A stretch of 64,000 bases of DNA from NCBI RefSeq assembly GCF_009914755.1, contig NC_060927.1; one strand, 5' to 3'. The position numbers and the translations under genes are program-made. Source of the DNA: the human T2T-CHM13v2.0 reference genome, Homo sapiens. The notes under the pieces were generated by a model. It saw only the letters and a list, made by a program, of their open reading frames with translations, ran no database searches and had not been told where the DNA came from. How positions within the stretch are numbered: the stretch's first letter is position 1; every line of letters begins with the position of its first letter. This document shows positions 38,111-50,825 of the stretch, one piece after another.

Positions 38111-40691
38111 CATATTCCGGTATGTAGTTCTGCCTATAGTTTTGCAAAAAATAAGTGATAATAAGTAGAGAAATTTAATACATTTACAACTTGTAATAGA
38201 TAGTTATGTTCCTTCCTTTTGATTTATAAAAATGAGAAAGAAAAAAATTACTTGTCTTTTATGATATCGTTTGAAATCTGGCAATACTTTTAATTGGTGA
38301 CTCTGCCCATGAAAGTGCTCTGGAGAAAAGTGAACCTTCTGTTACTCTGTAATTGCTATTTTCCCAGCAATATGAGATAAGGACAATAAGGTTTGGAAAA
38401 AGAAAATGCTGATCGGAGGAAATGAATGGTCTATGTTTTCCTTATGCTGACCTACTCTCTATAGAAGTCTCTATCCTAAAGTTTTTTTTTTATTAGTCTA
38501 TAAATAGGAGTCAATTCTTCTCAAAATCTAAAAGGAAGGAAAAATTATTTTCTCAGATTTCTATGATGCCAGATAAATTGCCTCTTATCCCATGCCTGAA
38601 ATGTTTTGAAACCTGATGACAGTAAAAAAGAATTCATTTAGATTCAATTGGGTATTAAATGATAAATTTTCTATTTGCATAAGTTTGGCTTCTTTAACTT
38701 TATACTTAACGTGTCAGTTTTTAATGTAATTAATCCATCTGTTTGTGCTTGTATAGTGCTTTTAAAAAGAGAACATTTCATAGTAGAATGTACTTATCTG
38801 AATTCAGAATAAAATAAAGCTCACGGGAATGAGCATTTTAAGCTTCACATAAGGTTATATGTGGTAATCTGTGACTTTTCAGTCATATTAAATAGACCCC
38901 GGAATAATATTCTCAGATAAATACAGCATTTTTATTAATCAGTGTAACTGAGTGCAAATTAAATTCCATTCCTCCCTCCTTATTTTATAAAAACAGAATG
39001 GTATTTGGGAAAATAAAGGATATTTTAAATTGCTCAAAGAGTTACATATCTTACCTGTATAGTGAGACTGTTACATTTTGCTCCTTGTCATATCCTTGTA
39101 TTTGTGGAAAAAAAAAAGAAAAAGCAATCTTTGCTTAAAGGAGGACATGGTGCCTGAGCTTCTGTTAACACAGTGCCATGCAAAGCAAGGAGTGCCTGTT
39201 TTCAAATGTTTTTGTTGAATTTCTGTGTTCACTATCTAAAGTTTTAAACATAAAATTTTGAAGTTTTTGATTAGATGAGATAAACTAACTGATTTGTCTT
39301 TCCTTAAGTAGGTAGAAGTAAAATATAACCCAGTTTTGCCCAAACTTTTATCATATCATGGAAAATATTGCTGCTTAATTCGATGCTGAAAAACAGTATG
39401 TTATCTTCCCCTGAAATCTATTTTGATCATTACCTAAATTCCCATTCAAGGTGGATAGATAAGAATACCATGCTGACATCAATCATCTGGATAGTCAGCA
39501 TTTTGGAGACAGACTAGTGATGGGTTAAAGTTTTTATTTTTTGTTTATGTAAATTTTGTGTATTGGTAACAGGAATAGGTTAGAGATCACATTTTGGAAG
39601 AATTCTTGAATGTTAGTCAGATAAAATGCCTCAGTTGTCATAATTTTTTAAATATCCCAAATTATTATTATTTGCCTACCAGTGGTATTTTATTCACCAA
39701 TTTTTGCATCCATGTTTATATTTACAAATAAAGGTAATCTTGAATAGCTATCGGTATTCCCAGACTTCAGTATTTCACAACTGCTTCCAGGCCCTTGGTA
39801 GTGAATTTGACTTCATTCCCACGTCCTTCCATAGACCTTAGAGTTTACAGAATAAAATATACATACAGTGTTTGCCTTTTATCCCAGCACATTCCAGAAA
39901 TATGTTTGAGAAGCTGAATCTCATAAAGCAGCTAATGTTTTCACATAAGAACAATGTTAAAACTGGTCAGGAACTCAACATAAAAAACATTGTATTAAGG
40001 GGTAATAATATTTTGCAAATAATCACTATAGAATCTCAGGGAATTAAAAATAATAAATATATTATCTAAGACATCAAATGATTATTCGGGTACTTAATAT
40101 TATCTAGTTTTTGGTGTCTCAAACTTTATTCATTTTTATTAAGATGTCCCAATTATTTCCTAATCCACTTTCCTGCTGCGTTATTGTTTTCTTAATATTT
40201 TTGTTAATCCAGTTCACTTCATAAACTTTAACAATCCTTTAAAATGTTAATGAATTTATTTATTGTAGGAATTCAGTATTGATAATTTCAGTATTTGAAA
40301 ATTTGAGAATGTACTTAATATCACTTTATAATGGTTAAAATGGTAAATTTTCATGTTGTATGTATTTTACTCTCAAAACAGACAACAATGACAATAAAAA
40401 ACAGTTCAATGCCTGAGGATTTGGGAGCAAGAAGTTTTTTGACCACCTAGGTGTTACTACTTCATCTTTAATATCCTTGCAAGAGCCAACTTGTAGTTAT
40501 AATTTCCCAGAGATAATTCTTATGTCCTTGATCTGCTCAGCAGCAAAGCAACTTCTTATAGGCCCTTGGGCTTGGGAGGGACAGAGCAAGTCTACCTTTG
40601 ATTTACTCGGACCTAGAGAGTGAGGCTCTTCCAGATCCCAGTGAGTAATATGGAGGGAGGCTGTCTTCTTAGACTTCCCACTTCAGTGGGC

Positions 40692-40723
40692 CTTTCCTGG
40701 AACCTGACTTTCCTGGAACCTGA
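40692..40723. repeat. Perfect 16-bp tandem duplication containing two TTCCTGGAA (GAS/STAT) motifs
   Basis: ctttcctggaacctga x2; TTCCTGGAA at 40694-40702 and 40710-40718. Confidence 0.9.
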
Positions 40724-41224
40724 TTTAGCAAGTGAAACTTGCAAAATCAACCTTTTCATTCTCCTGGCTATGCTGTACTCTTAGTGTCTACTGTCTCTCT
40801 GGGCTCCCGCTTCCACTCAGATATCATTGTGATAATTCATGAGTGCTTAATCAGCAAGTCCAGGTATTTAGAGATCTTTAAATTTATTTCAGTATTTTCA
40901 GCTGTCTTGTGCAGGTGGATGGGTCTAAATGATCACTTGCAGCCTTATTACTGGAAATTGAAATCTATATAACCTTTGTTCTGGTGCTCCTTCATGCATG
41001 CGATTTGACTTTCTCTACATTTTTTTCTCCCTTTACTCTCTCTACTCCCATCACAAAAATTCTTTCTATCCTTTCATCTCAGTTTCCTGAGAAGTGGAAT
41101 CTCATTGTCTCAGTTCATCTTTTACCCCCAGGCCATGATGTATCTTAGGCCACCCAGAGACAGCCTGAACCAGGACAGCATAAAGCTGTAGTGGTGAGCA
41201 GGGTCTGGGCACTGGCAGCTTTTC

Positions 41225-41558
41225 ATTTCAAAATGGAGCTTGAAAGTGCAACAGGTCCAATTTTCCACCAAGCCAGATGTCCACCAAACTGAAGCTTGAG
41301 AAACTTACATTTGCACAATGAAATGCACCTGCTGCCTGTTGACCAACTCTTCCTTGCCCTTCCTGTTTTCCTTCCCTGATATATAAACCCCTAGCTCTCA
41401 TTGGAGGAGAGAGATGGATTTGAGGCTTGTAGCCTGTCTCTCTGGCTGGTGTCAACTGGAAAGAGGCCTTCTTCCCTGGCAATACTAGTTGTCTGGGTAA
41501 TTGGCTTTCTGTGCAGCGAGCAATGAGACCTAGGTCAACCTCCTGGCATTTGGTAACA
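41225..41558 (+). mobile_element. ERV1 LTR, 3' portion (MER66/LTR47-like)
   Basis: TATA 'tatataaacccc'; terminus 'ccttcttccctggcaatactagttgtctgggtaattggctttctgtgcagcgagc...tggcatttggtaaca'. Confidence 0.75.
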
Positions 41559-43446
41559 AACGGACAGGTGTAATGATTGGATATGATCAATGTACGTCCC
41601 AAAGCACTTCTCTATGCTTTTTGTTTCTTTAATCTACCTATTTGATATAGATAGAGTGGATATTTTCCCAGTATTGAAGTTGGGATTAACTAGTCTTGGA
41701 GTAGGTTAATGAATTGTCCACTTTTACAACACCTAAAGGAAAAAGCCAGGCCTAAACTCCAGTCTGTCTGTTGTGTGCCTGTTTCTTGGAGTTCTTGCTC
41801 TTAACACTGGGCTATGCCACTTATATTTGAAAGAAATCTGAAGGAATGAGTCAAAGTTGACTACTAGCCAGGAAGAAAGGGGGCAGAATTTATTCAGGGA
41901 ACATTGAAAAGTCCATTGTAACTTCCTTATGTGGGTTAGGATTGGAAAAAAGAGGAGAGGAAAGAAAGCTGAGAGTGTGAAGATTGAATTTTGGAATTGA
42001 TTTGTCAATTTCTCCAATTTCTATTATGCATTTAATTTTGTTTTTATTAGACCTATAATTTTAAATGGACATTTTTGTTTCTTCTAGACTTTCTCTAACT
42101 TAAGTGCTGTCCATATGTGATATTTTTATACTACATATGCATATAGGAAAATATATATTTAACAATTATATAGTATTTCATATATTTTTCATTCAAGTCC
42201 TATATATTCTTGATAAATCTCTTTCAATGTTTTCTATTTGTGGCAAACAGACTCTTTTAGAAATTATATTTTCACCTTCTTATGTATGATAGCTAAATAT
42301 AAGGATGAGTGGTATGGCTCCTCTGATAAGCCATCAATGATTTTCACTTGAATGGCAACTGGATGGTTCTCAGGGCATTTCATTAGCTTTCAGTGGATTC
42401 TGGGACACTGGTAATAGATGTTGCTTGCTTAAATGAAGAGTGGATAATGGGATATCAATCAGCTCCACTCCTAAATGAGTGGCTCCTACATCACACCTCT
42501 AGCCCTTATCCTGTTACCCAACATGTGTTTTCCCCAAGCCCTACAATAGAGGAAATCTTGTCTATTCTCAGGAGGGAGTTGGGAAGTTTTAGTTTTCCTC
42601 ACTTGCATTTTCCTGAGTCTTTTAGCTGTGCACATGTGTCTTTCCTATTGATCTAGGGATTAAGTTTTTGAAACCTCAAATCCAATAATTATCTCCTTTG
42701 TTCATTCTTATTATTTTTGGATATATCATCCCTTCCTTAACACAATAAAATACAGACTGTCTAGAAACTGAAAGGAAGAAGACCTATGCAGTAGGAAAAA
42801 AAAGGCAAGGAAGAGGAGGAATAAAATTTTGAAGTATTATTTAGACTAAACCAGGAAAGGAAATTCCACAGAAAAAATACATTAGTTAGCCCTTTATTTA
42901 TTCTTTTACTGAAAACAAAGGTATTCCTGTTACTACGATCATTATTTTCAAACAATACATGAATTGTACAAATATGTCTTTCATACATGCAAGAATGTAC
43001 AGTCACATCCTCTGTGTGCTAACACCTATGAATGACAATCACAGTTTCCCTCATTTTAACAGATTACCTATCATAGTGGAAGTATTAAGAAAATCTGGCT
43101 TCATAATCTTGCTAAATGGCCCTCTCTGCTAAGGACATGTGGACCCATACACTTGATCAGTGAGCCTTTGTTCAAAACTTACACGCACAAAATGTAGGTG
43201 CAAAGGATACCTTTTTCCTGCTTTCTAAAGGATGAGTACGTGAATACTCACTGAGGTAACAAGATTTCCAAATGCTAATTTCCCATAGTTGGAGTTCAAA
43301 AGGGATTAATGTGGGCACTAGAATTCCAGAAAGGGTGCTTGCAGAGATGATGCTGGAGTTCTGATAGAGTGGAAATGAAACATGTCTCAGAACACGTAGT
43401 AGGAAAGAATTTCTAGCTTGGGACACTCGAATCACAGTGTTTCCTT

Positions 43447-43478
43447 TGACAAAGAAGAAAGATGACAAAGAAGAAAGA
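43447..43478. repeat. Perfect 16-bp tandem duplication (tgacaaagaagaaaga x2)
   Basis: Directly visible in the sequence. Confidence 0.9.
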
Positions 43479-43894
43479 CGAGCATAGGGTATGTGCAGAT
43501 GATAATGTGGATATAAGATAAGATATGGAACTATGAATATAAGGTGGTCATTCTGTATTCAAAGTGATGACCTAAAATCTTCTTTAAGAGAGTAGACATG
43601 TGATTAGGCTGGCAGACTCTGAGATTCAGAAGAAGATTAATATGCTAGTGGATTCATGAATGAGAGAAAAATAGAGAAAGAAATCAGAATAATATATTCA
43701 CCCAACATAAGGGAGAAGGTGAAAGAACAAGGAGACAAGAAAAGGTGACAAGTTTAGTGAAAGAGGATAAAAAAGTGTAGATTAAGCCAAATACTGCTTC
43801 ATATATTACTTGTTATAATACTTTATTTCCCCCAATAGATAGAAAATCTCAAAAAACACCATTGAATATCCTTCTCTATTTTATAGTAAAATCA

Positions 43895-44130
43895 TTAGTT
43901 ACCATTTCTTAAGAACCTACTATGTGCCAGGTACCATGCTAGACTTCACAAAAGTCTAAAGTAATCTCTACAACAAATCCACAGAGTATATGTTGGTATC
44001 TCCATTTTACGAGGGTGAAAATTTAACTCAAAGGGGTTAAACATACTATCCAAGCTCTTAGAGCAAGCATATGTTGGAGCTAAGATTGGAACTCAAATCC
44101 ATCTGGCTATGTGTTCACTTCTCACCTTCT
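43895..44130 (-). mobile_element. MIR SINE
   Basis: 'cctactatgtgccaggtaccatgctag...tctccattttac...gattggaactcaaatccatctggct'. Confidence 0.78.
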
Positions 44131-44441
44131 TAGCTGGGTGTAGTGAGTGTGGTGCTCTGTAAAGATTGGAGAGTGGCTGAAAGGGATAGGCAGGAAGGAA
44201 GTCATCAAACATGCCTGTTTCATGCCACAGTTTCTGCTTTTAGCAACTGTAGTCTCGTCTTGAGATGCACCTGGTAGGCACAGCTGTGCACATACAAGTC
44301 ACTTTCTCTTTGGAGAAAGAAACTCTGCAAAGAAACGCATAATAGATGTGTCCTTGTGGTGGCAATATGTCAGCAATGCCATTCTAAATCTGACCCATAC
44401 ATACTCTAACAACATCTAAGGACAGGTAAGACAAGGACTAT

Positions 44442-46460
44442 CACTGATGATATGATTCTATACTAGAAAACCGTAAAGCCTCAGTCAAAAGCTCCTAGAA
44501 CTGATAAATGACTTCAGTAAAGTTTCAGGATACAAAATCCATGTACAAATATCAGTACCATTTCTATACACCAACAACTTTCCATCTGAGAGCCAAATCA
44601 AGAATGCAATCCCATTTACAATAGCCACAAAAAATAAAATACCTAGGAATGTATCTAACCAAGGAGTGAAAGATCTCTACAAGGAGAACTGCAAAACATT
44701 GCTGAAAGAAAGCAGAGATGATACAAACAAATGGAAAAACATTCCATGCTCTTGGGTTGAAAAAATCAATATCATTATAATGGCCATACTGCACAAAACA
44801 ATTTACAGATTCAATACTATTCCTATCAAGCTACCAACATCATCTTTCACAGAACTAGAGAAAACAATTCTAAAATTCACATGGAACCAAGAAAGAGCCC
44901 AAATAGTCAAAGCAATCCTAAGCAAAAAGAACAAAGCAGGAGGCATCACATTACCTAACTTCAAACTATACTATAAGGCTACAGTAGCCAACACAGCATG
45001 GTACTGGCACAAAAACAGACACATAGACCAATGGAACTGAATAGACAAGCCAGAAATAAAGCTGCATAGCCACAGACATCTTATCTTTGACAAAATTGAC
45101 AAAAATAAGCAAGGGGGAAAAATACTGCCTATTCAGTAAATGGTGCTGGGATAGCTGACTAGCCATATGCAGAAAAATGAAACTGGATCCCTACATTTCA
45201 CCATATAAAAATTAACTCAAAACGGATTAAAGATTTAAATGTAAGCTCTCAAACTATAAGAATCCTAAAATAAAACCTAGGAAACACCATTCTGGACATC
45301 AGCCTTAGGGAAAAATTTATGACTAAGGCCTCAAAAGCAATTACGACAAAAACAAAAACTGACAAATGTGACCTAATTAAACTAAAGAGCTTCTGCACAG
45401 CAGAGGTAACCATGAACGGAGTAAACAGACAAACGTACAGCATGGGAGAAAATATTTGTAAACTATACATCTGAAAAAGGTCTAATATCTAAAATCTGTA
45501 AAGAAATAAAACAAATAAGCAAAAAACAAATAACTCCATTGAAATTGGGGCAAAATGCATGCATAGACAAATCTCAAAAGAAGACATACAAGTGGCAAAA
45601 AAAATGAAAAAATACTCAACATCACTAATCTTTAAAGAAATGCAAATCAAACCCACAATGCAATACCATCCCATACCAGTCAGAATGGCTACTATTAAAA
45701 AGTCAAAAAACAAAACAAAACAAAACAAATGCTGATGAGGTTGAGGAGAAAAGGGAAAAATTACACACTGTTGGTGGGAATGTAAATTAGTTCATCCATT
45801 GTGGAAAGCAGTTTGGAGATTTCTCAAAGAGCTTAAAACGGAACTATCATTCGACCTTATAGTTCCATTACTGGGTATATATTCAAAAGAAAATAAATTG
45901 TTCTACCAAAAAGACCCATGCACTTCCCTGTTCATTGCAGCACTATTCAAAATACCAAAGATATGGAATCAACCTAGGTGCCCATCAACAGTGAATGGGA
46001 TAAAGAAAATATGGTACATATATACCATGAAACACTACAGACCCATAAAAAAGAATGAAATCATGTCCTTTGCAGCACTATGAATGCAACTGGAGGCCAT
46101 TATCCTAAGTGAATTAATGCAGTAACAGAAAACTAAATACCATGTGTTGTCTCTTATAAGCTGGAGGTAAACGTTCGGTATTTATGGACATAAAGATGGT
46201 AACAATAGACACTGGAGACCACCAGAGCGGGGAGAGAGGGAGGTTTGGAAGGGTTCATTGAAAAACTAACTATTGGGTACTATGGCTCAGTACCTGGATG
46301 ACGGGATCAATCATAGCCCAAACCTCAGCATCATACAATATCCCTAGGTAACAAATCATAGCCCAAACCTCAGCATCATGCAATATCCCTAGGTAACAAA
46401 CCTGCACATGCACCCCCTGAATCTAAAATAAAAGTTGCAATTATAAAAAGAAAATATAGA
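44442..46460 (+). mobile_element. 5'-truncated LINE-1, L1PA15/16-like (ORF2 C-terminal half + 3'UTR)
   Basis: ORFs 44666-45040 ([14 protein letters not shown]...KWKNIPCSW...[16 protein letters not shown]) and 45799-46083 are broken L1 ORF2. The 3' end reads 'aaaactaactattgggtactat...aacctgcacatgcaccccctgaatctaaaataaaagt'. Confidence 0.95.
46311..46400. repeat. 45-bp tandem duplication in the L1 3'UTR (1 mismatch)
   Basis: tcatagcccaaacctcagcatcat(a/g)caatatccctaggtaacaaa at 46311-46355 and 46356-46400. Confidence 0.93.
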
Positions 46461-47139
46461 AAGCTTCATGAGAAAAAAAAAAAAGAGTTGGCCACATGGA
46501 AGACATCAGCAACATTCAAAAAAAGAGTGTTAGAGGAGTAGGGGATAGGCTTTGGGATGGAGGTGGTTAAAGAGTGTGAGAGAAATGACCAAGTAGAAAC
46601 AGAATTTTATATAACAATAGTCATTCTCACATACGGTAATTGTGAGGATTAACAAAATACATGCAGGGATAAGACAATAGCTGACACGTAATATGTGCTC
46701 GATAAATGAGAGCTATTATCATTTCATTTGAAGTTTAAGTGAAAAAAGATTCACTGTATTCTGGAGAAAATCCCAAATTATAAGAATGTATGATTGTACT
46801 GTTTATTATTTCAATATTTAGAGTTGGCATTCAAGACTTTAATATTGAAAACATATAAGCATTGTAACCTGTTTTACTAGAGGCCTCTTTTTGTATCTAA
46901 TTGTAATTCAAATATAATTTCTATGTTTATTGCCTTCATTCCACACATACCTTTTCTAGATTTACTGTTTACAGCCCCTAAAGCTCTATTTCCACAAGTT
47001 TTTTCTTTGCCTTCTCTCTCTCAAATATTCAAAAGCCCTTCATAAGAGTCCCTTCTTTTAGTTATACCTGACCCTTACTTTCTTTTTCTGTTATTCCAAT
47101 TCCTATCTTGAGGCGGAATTACCAAACATGGAGTAGTTA

Positions 47140-47440
47140 GTCCATTTTTTCAATCATGTACTTATTCCTCTATTTATTTTTTTTAGTTCAAAAAATTTTT
47201 GAATGCTTGCTATCCTCCAGGTACTGCAGTAAGCTTAGAGCTACAAAAATGAGTTGTCCTACCAGAATTTCTGGAGTTTGTTTTCACCTTGAGGAGAAGA
47301 CAATTATCTAATGGGACAGGTAATAACTCTAAGTGGTGATACGTACTAAAAAAGAAAATTAGAGGGAGCTCTTAGAGCACTAGTATGGGGAAACTGGGGA
47401 GATTTTCCTGAAAAAGTTATAGGTGAACCCTGAATGAACC
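47140..47440 (-). mobile_element. L2 fragment
   Basis: 'tttttgaatgcttgctatcctccaggtactgcagtaagc...gagctacaaaaatgag...ttcctgaaaaagttatag' has antisense L2 character. Confidence 0.55.
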
Positions 47441-50400
47441 AGTAGGCCCCACCTCATGGGTGAATACCGTGGGAAGCATTTGACTCCTGTAGTTTTGACA
47501 CTTTGTTTCCCAGATCATCTTCCATGACACTTTTGAAGCCCCCAGAATTCCTCCAAACATCTGTCTTTAGCACTCACAAATGACTTTTATTTGAATAGCT
47601 TATTTATTTCTGTATCTTTTCAACATTTCAGCTGCATCTATTTTTCTTTTCCCCTACTTATGATTAATATTTGGCAACCTTTTCTGCTCAACATTCTCTA
47701 AACTTACATTTTTCTCTGCTTTTGAGTCTTTTATTTAAGAAATGCTTATGCATTCTGTTTTCCATTCACTTCATTTCTCCTTATTATCATTTTCTGGCTC
47801 AGTGCATTTACCGGCCAGCAGTTTCCCTTTGCATTTTTTTGGCTTCATTTGTACTTTTCTGGACTTTTTCTACACCTATCAACCAATATAATAATATATC
47901 CTATTGCAGTAAATGTGTCAGATCATGTTTAGTAGTTAATGCCTTAATTTCCATAAAGGTGGTGATTTTCAAAATGCTCTCAGTGATTCTTCTACACTTG
48001 TCTTTGTCATTTTTAATTTGCTAAAACTGGCTAATAATCATTAATACAAATATCAAATCATCAAATCCAATGAACTCACCTTTTGCTTCCCCACAAAATC
48101 AAAGATCACATGTAAAGAATGTAAAGACTGGCATTAGTGCTCATGGAAAGAACATAAAGTTTTCAACCATCTCAAAGCATCAGTATTCATCTTCAGTGTG
48201 GTGCCTTATGAATCCTTATGTTTATAACACTTCTCCGCTGGAATAAATCTCGTAGCTGATTATCACAGCAGTCGGCTTGGTGCCAAAAGCAATTCTGAGA
48301 ATGGCATTCAATCAATGTGTAAACTAGTAAAATGCCAGGAACTTTTGGAAGACCAAGAAGGGTGATTAGTTATTGAAGAATAAACAATAGTGAAACACTG
48401 AGCATACTCTCTCAAACAGTGCAGAAAAGAATTTTCCATGAGTTAATATGAATATAGACCTGGTTGTATTTTAGAATGTGGGTTCCAACAGATGATTTAT
48501 ATTTTGTTATATTGTGGGAGAACGTTTAACTAGTACAAAGTATGTCATTTAGAGTTTAAAAGAAATAAACACTTCTGTTACTCAAAGTAATATGTTTAGA
48601 ATACTGCCATCGACATATACTTTCATTTATAATTTAATAAGAAACTTGATATAAAAAAATATAAACAGTAATAAATCGATGAAAAGAAAACCACAGGAGC
48701 TGAAAACCTAGAATCGTGATTATTAACATTAGGCTAAACAGAATGTTAAGATGCCATACTGTAATATATTTCAATAGAGAAAGAGCCTTCAGTATATTTA
48801 GTATATATATGGATGGCATTATCTAAAGTTCTGGAATAAATTCCATTTAGATTTTAGAATATTTTAAAATTTTAATAAACTCTTAATGGAAAAAAATCAT
48901 TGCATGATGCCGCAGGTTCATAGTGTTCCAAAACTTAGGCTGGGAGATGGAAACATCCAAATTGAGAGAGAGGAAGAGGGCATATGCCCAACCAGCTATT
49001 CAGCCAAATCAACCTACTGCCAGTGGAAAAAGCATACATTTCATTTGTCTATTCTATCACTCATTGAAAATACTTTATTATAATCATTATTATTTGACAT
49101 TTGGAAAATTATGTGAGCAACCATAGTTTCACATTCAGATTTTCAGAAAGAAATTGTCAGTTTTACTCTTGATTTCTGTAATGCAATGCCACTTATACAA
49201 CATGTACACATGAAATGGGCCAGGACCGATCTATTCATTTGTAATATTTAAAATGTACATGCAAAGCACCACACAATGACTTTGCTTATGACAATCAATT
49301 TGAAAAGTAAAGATGGCAGAAATTAACCAATTATCCAATTTTTTCGTTATATTCTATTTTTAACTCTTAATTTTCCATTAGAGACATGCAGTGCACACAT
49401 CCACTTGCACATACACATACACACATAAAGAAGAAACTTGTAGTGTCTTCATTACTGTCGAAGGAAATATTTTACCTATTTTTCCCTAAGGGTTCGTTTA
49501 GCAAAATAAGTTACAAATCTTTTAAAATAAAATTACGTGCCTAAAAAAACATGAATTATGCCAATACATGACAAAAATCAAGCTGAGATGACTTAAAACT
49601 GCATGTAAATGACCCTTGGTGGTATATATCACGGCGAGGTTTATGCACCACCATGCACAATTCTGGAAAAGGTACAAAAGCAATATTTATGTAAAGTAAT
49701 ATTTTAGGAACCAGCATATTGACTCCAAGTTCCAAGACACACTTACATTTAAACCATTTAAAACCTTGCAAAATTTTTTCTGGCTTTCTAGGATTTGAGT
49801 ATTGTCCTATCACATAAATTTGCTAAGTCTTAAAAGTTCATGTCATTAATCAATTTTTCGTGAATTCGATTGTACATGTCAGGTGTATGTCAGGTGCTCA
49901 GAGGAGGAAGGGAATTCAATCAGCATATGCTCACTCATTGACACTTACATAAAAGGAACATTTGCAGATGTTTTGATAATGGAAGGGTTCAAATCATTTG
50001 TCCTAAGGCAGTATTCGTAGGAATACTTTGATCAGTTGCACAGTGGTTAGATTATTTTCCCTGCAGAAATTACCACATGACCCCAAAGGACAAGAGAAAT
50101 ATTATGTGAGAAAATTGGAAAACATCCTATTGGCGTGTTTCAGCAAGTGGACCAGAATGAATTGTATTCAATCTGATTTCAACTACTTAATATAATATGT
50201 TTAACGCCACAGTGAGATGAGGAAAGCCAACAGATAAAACCCACATAAATCATAAAAAATTGCCTCACTCCATCAATGTTCATCGACCTTTAATTGTAAT
50301 ATCTTTTCTTTAAAAAAGTTGTAGTTGCTAGTTTTCTTCACGATTATTAGCAGTTGCAGAGTGTTTTATGATTTACATACATAAACTGAACTCACTCAAA

Positions 50401-50669
50401 AACTAGAGGCAGATGTTCTCATCTCCTTTTCACAGATAGGGTACCAAATGTTCATTTAGGAATCATGACGTTTGTAAAATCACAAAGGTGGTGAGTTACA
50501 AAGCTGGGACACAGATGAAAATCATTTGTATATTCTGCACTGCCCTCCCCCATTAAAAATATTTCATCAGTTGTTTTTAGGAAAATGTTTTAGTGGGAAC
50601 TTTAGGATTAATAATTGTTTTATATTAGTCACAATATTGATAAAAGGATAGCATAGTAACTCTATTGGT

Positions 50670-50825
50670 CATTTTTCATGAACCAGTGTTGTAGATTGTA
50701 ATCTCCATTTTTGCAGATGTAGAATTCATCCTCAGAGAGCAAATACCTTGCCTGAGTTTCTAAAGCTAGTGAGTAGCGGGGCCAACATTTGAACCCAGAA
50801 CCGCTAACATCAGAATTTGCACTTT
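50670..50825 (-). mobile_element. MIR SINE
   Basis: 'tctccatttttgcagatgtagaa...ctcagagag...ccttgcctgag...gctagtgagtagcggggcc...atttgaacccag'. Confidence 0.8.

Noticed and set aside
44564-46083. ORFs resembling reverse-transcriptase protein C-terminus
   Set aside because: Broken, 5'-truncated L1PA ORF2; cannot be active.
47671-48024. 117-aa hydrophobic ORF resembling a membrane protein
   Set aside because: T-rich low-complexity composition yields F/L/S/I-rich chance ORFs; non-ATG start; no gene signals.
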